A DNA stretch of 64,000 nucleotides from Takakia lepidozioides (lineage: Eukaryota; Plantae; Bryophyta), in assembly GCA_030704615.1 (NCBI GenBank), contig CM060733.1:55552001-55616000 (forward strand), written 5' to 3'. The notes under the pieces were generated by a model, which was not told the origin of the DNA, did no database searches, and saw only the letters and a list, made by a program, of their open reading frames with translations. The translations under genes were made by a program, and so were the position numbers. Shown one piece after another: positions 12,143 to 23,354 of the stretch. Every line of letters starts with the position of its first letter. Position 1 is the first letter of the stretch.

Positions 12143-12530
12143 ATGGTGGACTAACTTGATGCCACCCGCACTGCTCAAGCGTGCATTTGATGGGGTACAA
12201 CGGCCAGCACACCTCACAGTGGATAGCATTTTGGACACATGGAGGCAGTCTCAGCGTGTGAGACACGATGACCGTTCGCCTTTAGCAGTGATCAACAGGG
12301 TGGGTCAACAGCTTCCCAGGATCGCACGCTTTCCAGGATAGTGGACCTGGCCTCCTGTGGGATGCTCAGTTGCAGCAGTTAGTGGAGCCTAATGCTGACA
12401 AGCGTGAGCAGGCGATGGGTTTTACCACTGGTACCACGACAATGTCGTCTCTTTCTGAGGCATCACGTCGTCAGGTGTTGGGGCAAGCAATGGATCTCAA
12501 TTGCTTGACCTGGATTATCAGCTTGGCTAT
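12143..12530 (+). pseudogene. DNMT3-like methyltransferase, C-terminal half (end of VIII, target-recognition region, IX, X)
   Basis: Resumes as WWTNLMPP. After a frameshift near 12310: SFPGSHAF...EPNADKREQAMGF (IX) and SEASRRQVLGQAMDL (X). Confidence 0.88.
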
Positions 12531-12963
12531 GGCTGAGCAACGCAGAGTGCAGAGTACACTTCCCTCGATGGTCTCTCTGCCTACCGAGACGGTACAAGCA
12601 GTGAGTGGGGACGAGCAGGTGAGGACCCCGGGGTGCAGACATCCATGGCACACGTGGTAGGTGCTCGAGGTTCAGAGGGAGTTGGCAGCCAAGGCGGCGG
12701 TGATGGATGAGGTTGGGGATTCTTCTCGGGTTGAGGAGGTCCTTAAGGATGAGATGATGGGGCGGGATGAGGCCTTGTCATTGACAGAGCAGGCAGTGGG
12801 CACTGCTCAAGAGGTTGCAGCATAGCAACCACAGGACGCGTCCTCTACCTCTAAGCCCACTGGAGTTAAGGTTGCAGTTACGGAGAACAATTGGAAGCCT
12901 GACATTGGACCCATTGTCACCGGAGGAGAGAGACGACGTATACGGCGGTTCCTGAGGGCTTAC

Positions 12964-14066
12964 ATGAATTGCTTTGCCTTCAGTTTGAAGGACTTGGGAG
13001 CACTGAAGGGTCAAGAGATCCGTATTGAGTTGGCCACTGACACGCCAATATTTCGGAGACCCTATAGATACAATGACATGGAGAGGTCTTTGATTCAGAT
13101 GAGGACTCAAGATCTCTGGGAGGCAGGTTTGGTGGAGCTCTCTGGTGGAGAGTATGCTTCAGCCATAGTGATGCCAACCACAAAGGATGTCTATGGCAAT
13201 TGGACGGAGAGACGTATGTGCGGTGATTACCGGCCTGTAAATCGTCAGACCAAGTCCGATAAGTATGCCATGCCAACACCAGATGAGATCTTTGATGCCA
13301 TCGGGCATGCTAAGGTCTTTAGCACTTTGGATTTACGATCCGGATATCACCAGTTGTCGCTTAAGGAGGCGGACAAGCAGAAGACGACATTCTGGGGGAT
13401 CAATGAGCACGGCAAGGATTGCCTATATCAGTGGCGGTTCTTACCATTTGGGCTTAAGAACGCTCCTGCAGAGTTTCAGATAGTCATGAATAGGATTCTA
13501 GTAGGGGTGGACTTTGCTCGGTGCTACATAGATGACATCATCATTTTTAGTGCTACGGTGGAGGAGCATGAGAGACATCTTCAGGTGGTATTGGAGCGCT
13601 TGAGAGCACATGGATTGAAGTTGCATCCGGGGAAGTGCAAGTTTTTCCACAACCAGATTAAGTATCTGGGTCACATAATATATCCTGGAGGATTGGGGGT
13701 ACAACAGACTAAGGTAGAGGCCATTGCACAAATTCCACGCCCCACGGATGTGAGCTGAGTTTGAGCTTTCATGGGGTTGGCAAACTATTATAGACGGTTT
13801 GTCAAGGGATTTAGTGCCATTGCAAAGGCTCTAACCAAGCTGACCGAGGTGGACCAGGAGTGGCAGTGGGAAGATGAGCAAGAACGAGCTTTTCAAGAGC
13901 TCAAGGCGAGGTTGACCTCGGCACCTATCTTGAGATGACCTATCAGGGGGCGTCCCTTTCAGCTGCATACGGATTGGAGCATACTGGGGCTTGGAGCGGT
14001 GCTCACACAGGTGGATGATGAGGGGAGAGAGTTCGTAGTGGCTTATGCTAGCCGCTCGAACAACGC
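12964..14066 (+). pseudogene. RT and N-half of RNase H of element A
   Basis: [32 protein letters not shown], then LHTDWS...VAYASRSNN. Contains in-frame TGA stops. Confidence 0.93.
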
Positions 14067-14076
14067 AGGTTTGAGG

Positions 14077-14211
14077 TGCATGCTCTGTGGGTCTGCCAAA
14101 AGGGCAGCCACCATGCTGGTGTGTGATCGATGCTCAAGAGGTTGGCATATGGGATGCTTGACACCACCTCTTGAGAGGGTTCCTGATGGAGATTGGTTAT
14201 GTCCACACTGC
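14077..14211 (+). pseudogene. PHD finger at the C-terminus of element A pol
   Basis: C4HC3 pattern CMLC...MLVCDRC...WHMGCLTPPLERVPDGDWLCPHC; stop at 14235. Confidence 0.92.
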
Positions 14212-14480
14212 TTGGGAAAGTGGCAGTGGACATGACTAGAGGCAGCTAACAAGACATGGGAGGCCAAGCTCATAGGAGTCAATACACGAGATCCCAGCCT
14301 CAAGTTCACAGGTTGCAAGACGGCGACTAACGATGGGGCGACTCTTGCACCCGGCCTCTTGATCTATCGAGTTTGAGTGTAGTAGGAACAGTGGTGGAGG
14401 ACTTAGTGAGGCTATGGTCACTATCACATCTTGTGGCTACCTGGACTTAGAGGGATCTAAGCACCAGCTAGGGGGGCGAT

Positions 14481-15000
14481 TGTGTGGACTAGTGACTGCC
14501 ATAGTGGGCAGCATAGTGGCAGCCTAGTGACTGACTAGTTGTAGCCTAGTGGTTGGACTAGTGGCTAGACTAGTGGTAGACTAGTGGTATACTAGTGTGT
14601 GGTGTGCACATGTGTTGTGTGGTTTTGGACAGCGATGTAGTTATGTAGCGATATGTATGCGCACGACAGCTGTCAAGTTATTTTACCACTAATGTGAAAC
14701 TAGCTAGGAAATAGCTAGTTTTTACATATTGACATTTGGGATTGGCCCAAGTGTCAATCCAGGGGTCAAGACAAATTTAGGCCCTGGAGTGGTTATCTTC
14801 ACGGCAAGCGCGGGAGGCTCATCTTTCTCGAGTTGAGCCTCACTGCGCCTAGCTATGGCGCCGTAATATGGATTCCCCATGGCGTAGGGTGCACTTGGCT
14901 TGGACTTGTATTTGAGTGATAAATTTATATATGCATGAGTTTATGCTTCAGCTTTGTGAGCTCGCATAAGCTTGTGTTTGTATTCTTCTTCTTTATCGAT
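14481..15000 (+). repeat. 3' LTR of element A (right end uncertain), with a CTAGTG(G) repeat array
   Basis: Begins TG directly after the PPT; its first about 180 bp recur at 15001-15177. Confidence 0.7.
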
Positions 15001-15177
15001 TGTGTGGACTAGTGATTGCCATAGTGGGCAGCATAATGGCAGCCTAGTGACTGACTAGTTGTAGCCTAGCGGCTGGACTAGTGGTGGACTAGTGGTAAAC
15101 TAGTGTGTGGTGTGCACATGTGTTGTGTGGTTTTGGACAGCGATGTAGTTGTGTAGCGATATGTATGCGCACGACAA
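15001..15177 (+). repeat. Second, partial copy of the element A LTR start
   Basis: TGTGTGGACTAGTG...GCGCACGACA matches 14481-14668. Confidence 0.9.
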
Positions 15178-15521
15178 TCACCGCCAAAGGTGGACGATCA
15201 TCATGTCGCACTTGGTTGTCTCCTTTGGTCCAAAATGCCCTCAACCGTGAGGTTGGGTAGCCGTTGAATGGAATCATAGGCTCTCTTGAGCAACTCCGGT
15301 GGTGCAAGATTGGTCCACCACAACCTAGGCCTATGTGCCCGTGAACCCACTGCAGCTGCATCCAACAATACAGCTGGTCCAATCCATGACCGGATCTGAT
15401 GTACACTGGCCATAACCCTGGCCCGAGAATCCCCCATGAGAGAAACATTCTCTAGGATGTAAGCTGGAGGTTGCACTTGCCTCACCTGCAAGTCACGCAA
15501 CACCCGCAACATCTCCCAAAA
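15178..15521 (-). pseudogene. Inverted fragment of a sister copy of the retrotransposon methyltransferase (motifs VI-VIII)
   Basis: FWEMLRVLRDLQ...YILENVSLMGDSRARVMASVHQ...GSRAHRPRLWWTNLAPP is paralogous to 4988-5191 joined to 12148-12292. Confidence 0.92.
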
Positions 15522-16724
15522 CTTAGCTTGCTTGTTTGTCAACCAAATGAAACCCCACTTGGCTTCATTTCACCATGGATAGAATAACCACTTCCTAGCT
15601 TCTCTTGAGCTACTCAATGCTCCTCAAGCTACCTTTGTTGTACTCCTTCTATGGTGTTTCCACCCCAAGCATGTGTCGCTATTTAGCTTCTGAATAACTA
15701 GAGCTTGCTCTTGAAACCCTAGTGTCTATATCTCCACACATAAGATGCTTATCTTGTGATGCAAAAGTTCTTTTCCAAGCTCTCAAACCCTTAGTGCATA
15801 TACAAACACTCTCCTTTGCAAGACCATGCAAGCTCTGTGATGTGAGAGCTCTCTCCTTAAGCGCTCCACTTCTATAGAGCAAAGTAATGCTTCTCAAACC
15901 CTAACATCCATGTTCTCCACGCCACAAAGATTTTCCTTTGCAACACCTGCAACACCTTGCAACACAAGAGCTCTCTACCAAGCTTTTTGCAACACACAAG
16001 TGCTAAACTAATCCTTACACTCCGCACTCACAAGCATAAGATCATCTTCTTATAGTGATAATGAAAGTGAACATAATGGAATCCCTCCACTCATGAATCC
16101 ACTCAATCACATAAACTAAGTCAAGCCAAGGGCACCCTTGCTAAGGGAATCCACCCTACAAAGCCCTCACCACACTTCCTCTCAATACCTAGAGCTATGG
16201 AGGTGAAAGAGGCTCATGGAGGCTCAACTACAAGAAGATGAGTCTCCTCCATCCTCACAAGGGGAAAATCTATCCCCATGTCCCAAGTGAGGCTCGACAC
16301 CTCACTTGACATGTGAGACCAAATGAAGTCCCAACACAAAAAATATAAATATAAATATCTAAAATGTCCTAGTTAACTAGAAGTAGGTAATTCTAGATAA
16401 CCATGACTAAAACCATGACATTTTATTTACTGGAACCTATCTTTAATTTCAGGCCTACTCATACCTGGAATCCGAGTATGTACCACATGACGATACTCAT
16501 ACCAGCCACGTACCCTACCCACGCCACTATGGATCTATATTGTGCCTATTAGCTTGGCCTTAGAGGTCCATTAGGCATACCAGGACGAGTTTGGTATGTC
16601 AAAATGGACATACCCGTACAACACTGATATATACCTCTATGGCACATATCGGTGGATTGAACCCACAACCGTTTCTGAGATGGTATCTGCCCATTACGGA
16701 CACTAGGGTTGTCTTCAAGTGTAA

Positions 16725-16998
16725 GAGCCGGGTTCCATGAGCAGCTGCAAGCGCCCCCCATGAATCGGCCCAGGATTAGTGAGGATTTTAGGGGAGGGAA
16801 TAATTTTTGATATTTTCATCCAAAACTTATATTAATTGTCCATTTACTATGTCATGGGCCCAGAGCAATTGATGCCAAGGATTTCTAGAGGGGTGAATGG
16901 AAAGGTGTCCATGGAACCCTTCTCATTTTTAAGGAGCGATTCCCTCTTGGGGGCGTTTGCTTGGGGGGGCGTTTGGGAGTGCCCATGGAACCTGGCCC
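16725..16998. mobile_element. Tourist/Harbinger-type MITE
   Basis: TAA TSD on both sides; TIRs GAGCCGGGTTCCATG / CATGGAACCTGGCCC (13/15), extending imperfectly to about 35 bp. Confidence 0.75.
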
Positions 16999-19900
16999 TA
17001 AGTAATACAAGAACAAATCTATTGGAAATGACATGGGTTTTTCCCTTCAAAAATTTGACCCTTAAAGGATAAGATAAATTCCAGCACTTTTGGAGAAAAA
17101 GAGTATAATATACCCTATATTGCTTAGTTGTATCTACCCCCATACATCCATATGGATGAACTGTAGGGCAAACAACTTTGCAAAACATGAATCCACATAC
17201 TTATCTACCTCCTCACTTCATCATTTTCAATATCCCAATACATTTCCTCTGTTGAATCTCCCTCATACACAATCATACACACTCTCATCTCCCTTCTCAC
17301 GCAACACTTTTCCAAACCTTCAGCAAAATGGCGAAGTGGATCATTAAAACGCAGAGAACCCACACTGGTTGCGTTGATCGAGATCATACACAACGGAGAG
17401 CGGGCAGGGTGTGCGCTAGGAGAATGCGGAGCAATATCACAATGAAATCGAGTAGGCTTTGTGATGCATAGGTGCCGAGGAGGAGGCGAAGTCACATTCA
17501 CTATCGGAGACCGCTTGGTTTGAGCCGTCTCATTTGCTTGAGAGTCGACATCCGGCCGCATGACCTCTTCCCTCAAAACAAAATTGATATGGTCAGAAAA
17601 CCCATTTGGATCATCCTCTTCCCTCCTCTCTTTCCAATCTAATATTAGACCACCATGTCTCCTAAATAGGATTCGAAAGTTATGAGCTTGAGGATACTTT
17701 GGCACAAGCTGCGTACAAGGAGGTCGAGGCAAACCCAACAAGTACTACACTCAAGCAACCAATAATCTCGCCAATTGACGCTATGTGTAGTGGTGGATGA
17801 AAAATGAAGAGACATGTTTTGGGGCACATCATCTTTTAGGGGTTAAAACAGAAAAAACAAATCTGACTTTAATAATGACTAATACACGTGACTACGAGCG
17901 AGTCCTGAGTCAGCATGATGTAGGACTGCTGGTTGGTTGATTTTATTTACTATTCATGTTGGGGTGCTTATTTCATATCCATGACTATGAAGAAATGGTC
18001 AAATAATGTTCACCACAATCCCACAATTCAGAGAATCGTAGTCATATCCATGACTATTGACGAGACCACCTGATTATGACGATGTGTGGATGACCTCCAT
18101 GAGTGTTTTAGGAGACTGTTCATAAAAGACAGGTTTTCATGTGCTGATGGGAACATGATAAAGTAAAAAAGAGAAAGAAGAGCAAAAAAGGGGATAGAGG
18201 CGCTAAGTTGCTATCATATTAGAAAGGATCATAACCGTGATAGGAGGCCATGAAGGTCAAACATCACAAAAATAGTTAAATCGCAAAAAGTTAAAATTAA
18301 TTGCTGACATATATGTAAAAGCTAAACATATGGATTTTTGTTTAAAATATAAACTATATAGTTGTCCAAACTTTAGAGGGATAGCTACTCACTGCTTTGT
18401 AAACTTCATGTGTGTATGGAGTCGGCGCTTCTAGCTTCCATCTACATTACAAAATACATTTATAGCTTTAATTTTGTACTCAGGTGGTGCAAAGAAGGTG
18501 TGAACGTCAGTACTAACTATATAAAAAAAGTTAAATAATATGACTCAATTCTAGTAATCTTAGTAGTTGCCACAGTAGAACCTCTCTCTCAATCTGAAAC
18601 TGCATTGTGATGCTCCTTGACAAGATTCTTTTCACCTATTTGTCATTTCACTATTTATGATTAAGGAGGGTTTGCAACCCCCGCAAAGGTTTCATGCAAA
18701 TACCTTGAAACGATAACATCGCGGGGGCATTGGACGAGATTTGCGACGATTTTTCGTTGCAAAGGTTTTTAAAACCTTTGTTAAAAGCTCTACGACGACA
18801 TCTCATCGCACGTAGGTCCCCCCCTTTTTTTTTAAATTACGAAACAAATTCGTCGCAATTCAACCGAAGAAATTTTTGGATATGCTACTGCTACTACTGC
18901 AACGATGGTTGTGCGACGCTTTTTTGTCGCAATTTCAGTGAGAATCTTTGATAAGTCCCATTTTTAAATTTGTTTTTTGCAACTGCAACTACTGCTACTA
19001 CTCCGACAACAGTTCTGCGACGCTTTTTCATTGCAAACTTTAGTAAAATCCTTTATTAAAAATCTTTGCGACGACATCTTGTCGCACTTAAGTCGCATCT
19101 AAAAGAATAGAATTGCAGGATGCCAATTCGTCACAATTCAAACCAAAGAAAATATTTGAATCTGCTATTGTTACTACTACCACTGTGATAATGTCACAAC
19201 TTTTTACTACTATGATTAATAGACATCTGCGACCGTTTTTTTGCGACTTGTGTGCGATGGTTTTCATCGCGGTTTGAAAATGACGCTTTTGCGTTGCACA
19301 GGCGTGCTGAACCCCCCCAAACGGTGTAGTGTTTGCACTGGAAAATGATGGAATGATTAAATTCAAATATTTAAATATATATATATCATGTTACCATACC
19401 AGTTAGTGTTAAGCCTGCTCTTGAATAGGAAAAGCCCAAAATTTCCCAATCTGCAATTTTGGCAACAGTTCATTGTTGTTATCACCAGTCAGCATGGTGA
19501 CTCAAATAGTGGTCTCCTGCTGCTTTCTGAGGTTCTAGAACATTTCTGCCTAGTCATCTCCTCCTCACCACATTTATCAACTATCAATGCCGGCCGCACC
19601 AATCGGCCACCAACATCCATCCATCCACCCACCGACCAACCGACCCTTCCTTCCACCAACAGAAGCCTCTGGAAACACCGCCAGGACCCACATGGCATGT
19701 CATCAACATGTCCAAAAATTCTTCCATATCCAACGTGTTTGTTATCCTCAGAGAAGGGAAAAGATAGAAACAATTTGAGAAAGCCTGAGGAGACAGAGTG
19801 CATGGATTGATGGATTGCAGTAAAAACAATGTGTGCTTGGGGTGGGCCCCTTTGTACCTTGAGGAACAAGTTCATGCTGATTTCCGTGATCCTCAGCGAT

Positions 19901-21143
19901 CCCTCTCATGCTGCAGACGGTGGGAGGCATGTCGATGGCATGACGGTTTGAGATGGCTGGATTGAGATACTATCAATTAACCAGAAGAAAAAACAAAGAA
20001 AATTCTGGAAAAGGCCCACTTGGAGGCTGGAGATGAGATGAGGTCGCATCTCGACAACAGTGGGATTTGTGCAAGACATTCTTGGGCGGGGTGCTTCCAT
20101 TTTTCTACACAAAAGTCGGATTTCTCTCTGCGACTTTTGAGGCTTTCTATTCTGCGCATACCGCCAAAGGGGTGAGCTTTTTCAAGCTTGGAGCGCAGCT
20201 AGTTTCAGTTCTGCATGGGAGGTTCGGGTTTGGATGTCGCTCGTTGTTGGCTGCAGCAGCCGTCATTTTGCTAATCTCTGGCCACAGAAATTGTTGAGTT
20301 TTGGTGGGTACCCAGCAGAGTAAGGAAACTAGTAAAAAAGAAGAAAGCAGTGTGGAAGATCGGCCATGTGGAGGAAGGCTATGATGATGGGGCGGAGGGA
20401 GCGGCGCTGCGTCGCCAACTTGGCAGGCTGCAACTGGGGCTTCTAGAAGAGGGAGGTCATGGGATGCAACATCCTGCCAGGCAAGGCCTTGGGTAGGTAC
20501 TGCCATGGAGGACGTCCCAGAAGTGGGGGGCAGTTGGGGGGTGTGCTGAACTCACCTTCTGCTCGCTTCTGTTGACTGTGGGAGCTGCGGAAGGACTATT
20601 TAGTATCTTCGCCCACCTTCCCAACCCAAAATCACCGGGAATCAAGCCGGCCGCTCGGCCCCCTTCCACCTCACACTCATAGTTATCTTTGAATTTGTAC
20701 CGTTCTTAAGTATAAAGAGCAATCTGGGCAGGTACAGTGTCAGGCTCCGCGCTTCTGAAGGCTGGTTTTTGGGTTTTGTTTCTTGCGAACACTGTGCTCA
20801 TCAAGTTCATTTCATACCCTGTCGGTTGCCTCCCTCTCTATCTTGCATTCCCATGTCTCTCGTTTCAGACTTTGGACTGGCGTGAACTGTTGTTTTTAAG
20901 TCCGCACCTACTTGCAAGGGTCCAATTTCACCGGTCTTCGGTCCTCGCTTTAGTGTCGCAGCTACAGTGTGCATCCTCCGAGTCTTTTCCCACCCCCCTC
21001 CATGCCCTATCTAGTGATCTGCCTGTCTTTCTTTGTGCTCCTTGTGGTGTGCTGATTCAGGTCCATAGGATTTCGGTCCGTGAGCTTGCAGGTTGAGTTT
21101 CTCTCACACGAGTAAAATATCTTAACTATCAAACTCTGGTGAA

Positions 21144-21914
21144 ATGGAGACCAACGCATCACTTAGGAGCTCTATGTCTCCAACAGCATGTCGCCCTCTC
21201 TCCACCAAGCCGTGTCTGTCTCCAACGCTCCTCTCCCCTCGTAGTCCCTGCTCTGCCACCATGTTCTCTTCACCAAGTTCGGAAAGTTGGTCTGCGATTC
21301 AGGGTTCTAACGGGAGCTGCTTCTCTGGAAGACAATTTCCATCCAGGGATTTCTCTCCCACTATGCCCAATTCTCGAAACAAACTAGGTCTGTCTGTGCA
21401 AGTTGGCGCTTTTTATAACTCGACTCGCAGCTCCCCACAGGAAGAAAAGAAGGACGAGATCCCACAGAGTCCTGCAGAGGCTGACAGAGCCCCCAAACAG
21501 ACGCTGTATGAGGTACTAGGGGTGGCACAAGATGCATCGCCAAAAGAAATCCGGTCAGCATACCGCAAACTGGCACTCCAATTTCATCCAGATATTGCAC
21601 CCCCACAGGACGTTGAAAAATTTACAGACATGTTTTTGGTGATCAATGAGGCTTATGCCACCCTGTCCGACTCCCATAGCCGGTCTCTCTATGATGCTAA
21701 GTTGGCATATTGGGCTCGGCAGATGGCGCCTGCTCTTGATGGGTTCAACGTGTCTTCCTTCCAATTTTCAGGATTTCAGAAGACGAACATTTGGGCAAGA
21801 GAAGGAGTAGATGGTCAAGCAACTACCGCTTCATATTCTCGTCCTTCCCCCACCAGCACGATATCCGGTCAGTGGAGAGGGAAAAACTGGGAGACAGATC
21901 AGTGCTGGTGTTAG
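21144..21914 (+). CDS. Chloroplast small J-domain protein (DnaJ11/DJC-type), single exon
   Basis: Ser-rich transit peptide, TLYEVLGV...YRKLALQFHPD J-domain, family C-terminal motif WETDQCW. Confidence 0.92.
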   Translation: METNASLRSSMSPTACRPLSTKPCLSPTLLSPRSPCSATMFSSPSSESWSAIQGSNGSCFSGRQFPSRDFSPTMPNSRNKLGLSVQVGAFYNSTRSSPQEEKKDEIPQSPAEADRAPKQTLYEVLGVAQDASPKEIRSAYRKLALQFHPDIAPPQDVEKFTDMFLVINEAYATLSDSHSRSLYDAKLAYWARQMAPALDGFNVSSFQFSGFQKTNIWAREGVDGQATTASYSRPSPTSTISGQWRGKNWETDQCWC

Positions 21915-22322
21915 AAACTTGTGCAACCTTCTCGCTTTGCCTACATATGGGAAAAGATCTAGCCGAGTGCTTTCTGTTGCACCCGTTGCCGAAGAATTCT
22001 TTGATATGACACCTCCCGTGCATCAGGATCCAGTAGACGCAGCAGCTCAAAAGGGACTTCCTCCAGCTTACCAAGCAATGCGATCGAAGGTTTAGGCCGC
22101 TTGTGAGATCTAGGTTAGAACCAAAATAGAGGGAATGTAGAAATGAGGGAAGGCGGGGCTTTTGAGCTGTGTAGTACAAGCTTCACCAGCAACCGTTCTC
22201 TAGATACACCGATAGATCTTCAATCCCGTTGTTTGATGATTTGAACCTTGTAACATGTTAAAGTGGGTAAACTTAATGTAGTCTATTGTTCGACACACCT
22301 AGTGAATTGTACTATTATTCGA

Positions 22323-22664
22323 TGGAAATCTCAGTAACAATCCCCTCGTTCATGAGAGCGTTCGACTTCTATGGGGTGTTTGTCTCAGAGTCTAACATTA
22401 TTGGCATGATCGATGGTAGATTCGATGGTAGTTTCCAAGGTTAATTTGAGTGTAAGGCATGTATGAAGCAACTGTTTGTGCTTCCGATTTCTCATTGCAG
22501 TACTATCCATGGTGCCACATGGAAATCTTAGTAACAATCCCCTAGTTCATGAGATCGTTCGACTTCTATGTTGTGTTTGTCTCATAGTCTAACATTGTTG
22601 GCGTGATCAATGATAGATTCCAAGGTTATTTGAATGCAATGCATGTATGAAGCTTCCAATTTCT
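22323..22664. repeat. About 200-bp imperfect tandem duplication downstream of DnaJ
   Basis: TGGAAATCTYAGTAACAATCCCCT...GCATGTATGAAGC at 22323 and 22520. Confidence 0.85.
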
Positions 22665-22698
22665 CACAGCACAGCACAGCACAGCACAGCACAGCACA
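22665..22698. repeat. (CACAG)6 microsatellite
   Basis: Read directly from the sequence. Confidence 0.95.
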
Positions 22699-23281
22699 CT
22701 TGCTCTATACTATACTAGCTGACAAGCTCCAAGCAGACGATGGCGGCGCTCACGCATTCCCCAAAAACTCTAGTGCGAGACTGTAGCTCCATTAAATTGG
22801 ACTCCCCCTTCTGGAAGACATCAATCTCCCATCCAAGCTTTCGTCCCAGCTTGCTTCAAGCATATATAAACTCCGCGAAGTTGGGTACTAGATACTCGAG
22901 TTCGTTTCGAACGGCAAGCAACTTGTTGGCTTCTTTCTCCGCATCCTTGTTCATACATCACTTCCAATTTCCTCCGAAGTAGGCAAACCCACTTTTCCAG
23001 AGCCGGACACAGACACGCACAGTACAGGAGGGACTGCATGGTGGCGGTGCGAAACGTGTAAAGCTTGCACCTGCCATGGGTCCCATGGTCACGCAGCTGT
23101 GAGGTCGACACTTAAGCTTCCCCGATCAGATGGCCCCCACACAGATCTCTCGACACAATGTGAGTAAAAGAATGTGCAGAGCTGCATGCAAACCATCGGT
23201 CTGCCGGCCCTCTAAAGTATGTCAGATTATTAGCCAACAATCTTTCTACAACACTCATTCGAGACCTAACGACGAAAAAGA

Positions 23282-23354
23282 TGGAGATGCGGGGTATCGA
23301 TCCCCGTACCTCTCGCATGCTAAGCGAGCGCTCTACCATCTGAGCTACATCCCC
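23282..23354 (-). tRNA. tRNA-Ala(AGC)
   Basis: GGGGATGTAGCTCAGATGGTAGAGCGCTCGCTT-AGC-ATGCGAGAGGTACGGGGATCGATACCCCGCATCTCCA (73 nt), followed by a TTTTT Pol III terminator. Confidence 0.97.

Larger units (their letters stand above)
2635..15000 (+). mobile_element. Ty3/Gypsy element A (decayed, 5' end missing) carrying a cytosine methyltransferase and a PHD finger; interrupted by element B
   Basis: Collinear on +: two CCHC knuckles, protease LLDSGA, C5-MTase motifs I-X, RT (YIDD), partial RNase H, PHD, PPT AGGGGGGCGA (14470-14479), and an LTR starting TGTGTGG at 14481. Confidence 0.88.

Noticed and set aside
14481-15177. CTAGTGG arrays as a CRISPR-like locus
   Set aside because: No constant repeat with unique spacers and no cas genes; this is LTR sequence in a eukaryote.
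15537-16311. Possible solo LTR (TGTCAA...TTGACA)
   Set aside because: Flanks TTGTT and TGTGA do not form a TSD, so the boundaries are unsupported.
17205-17830. 178-aa minus-strand ORF
   Set aside because: No recognisable motif; probably decayed TE sequence.
18664-19318. Possible MITE with repeated TGCGAC/GTCGCA motifs
   Set aside because: The terminal inverted match is weak and there is no clear TSD.
19400-20460. Possible decayed gene on the minus strand
   Set aside because: No frame gives a motif I can identify.
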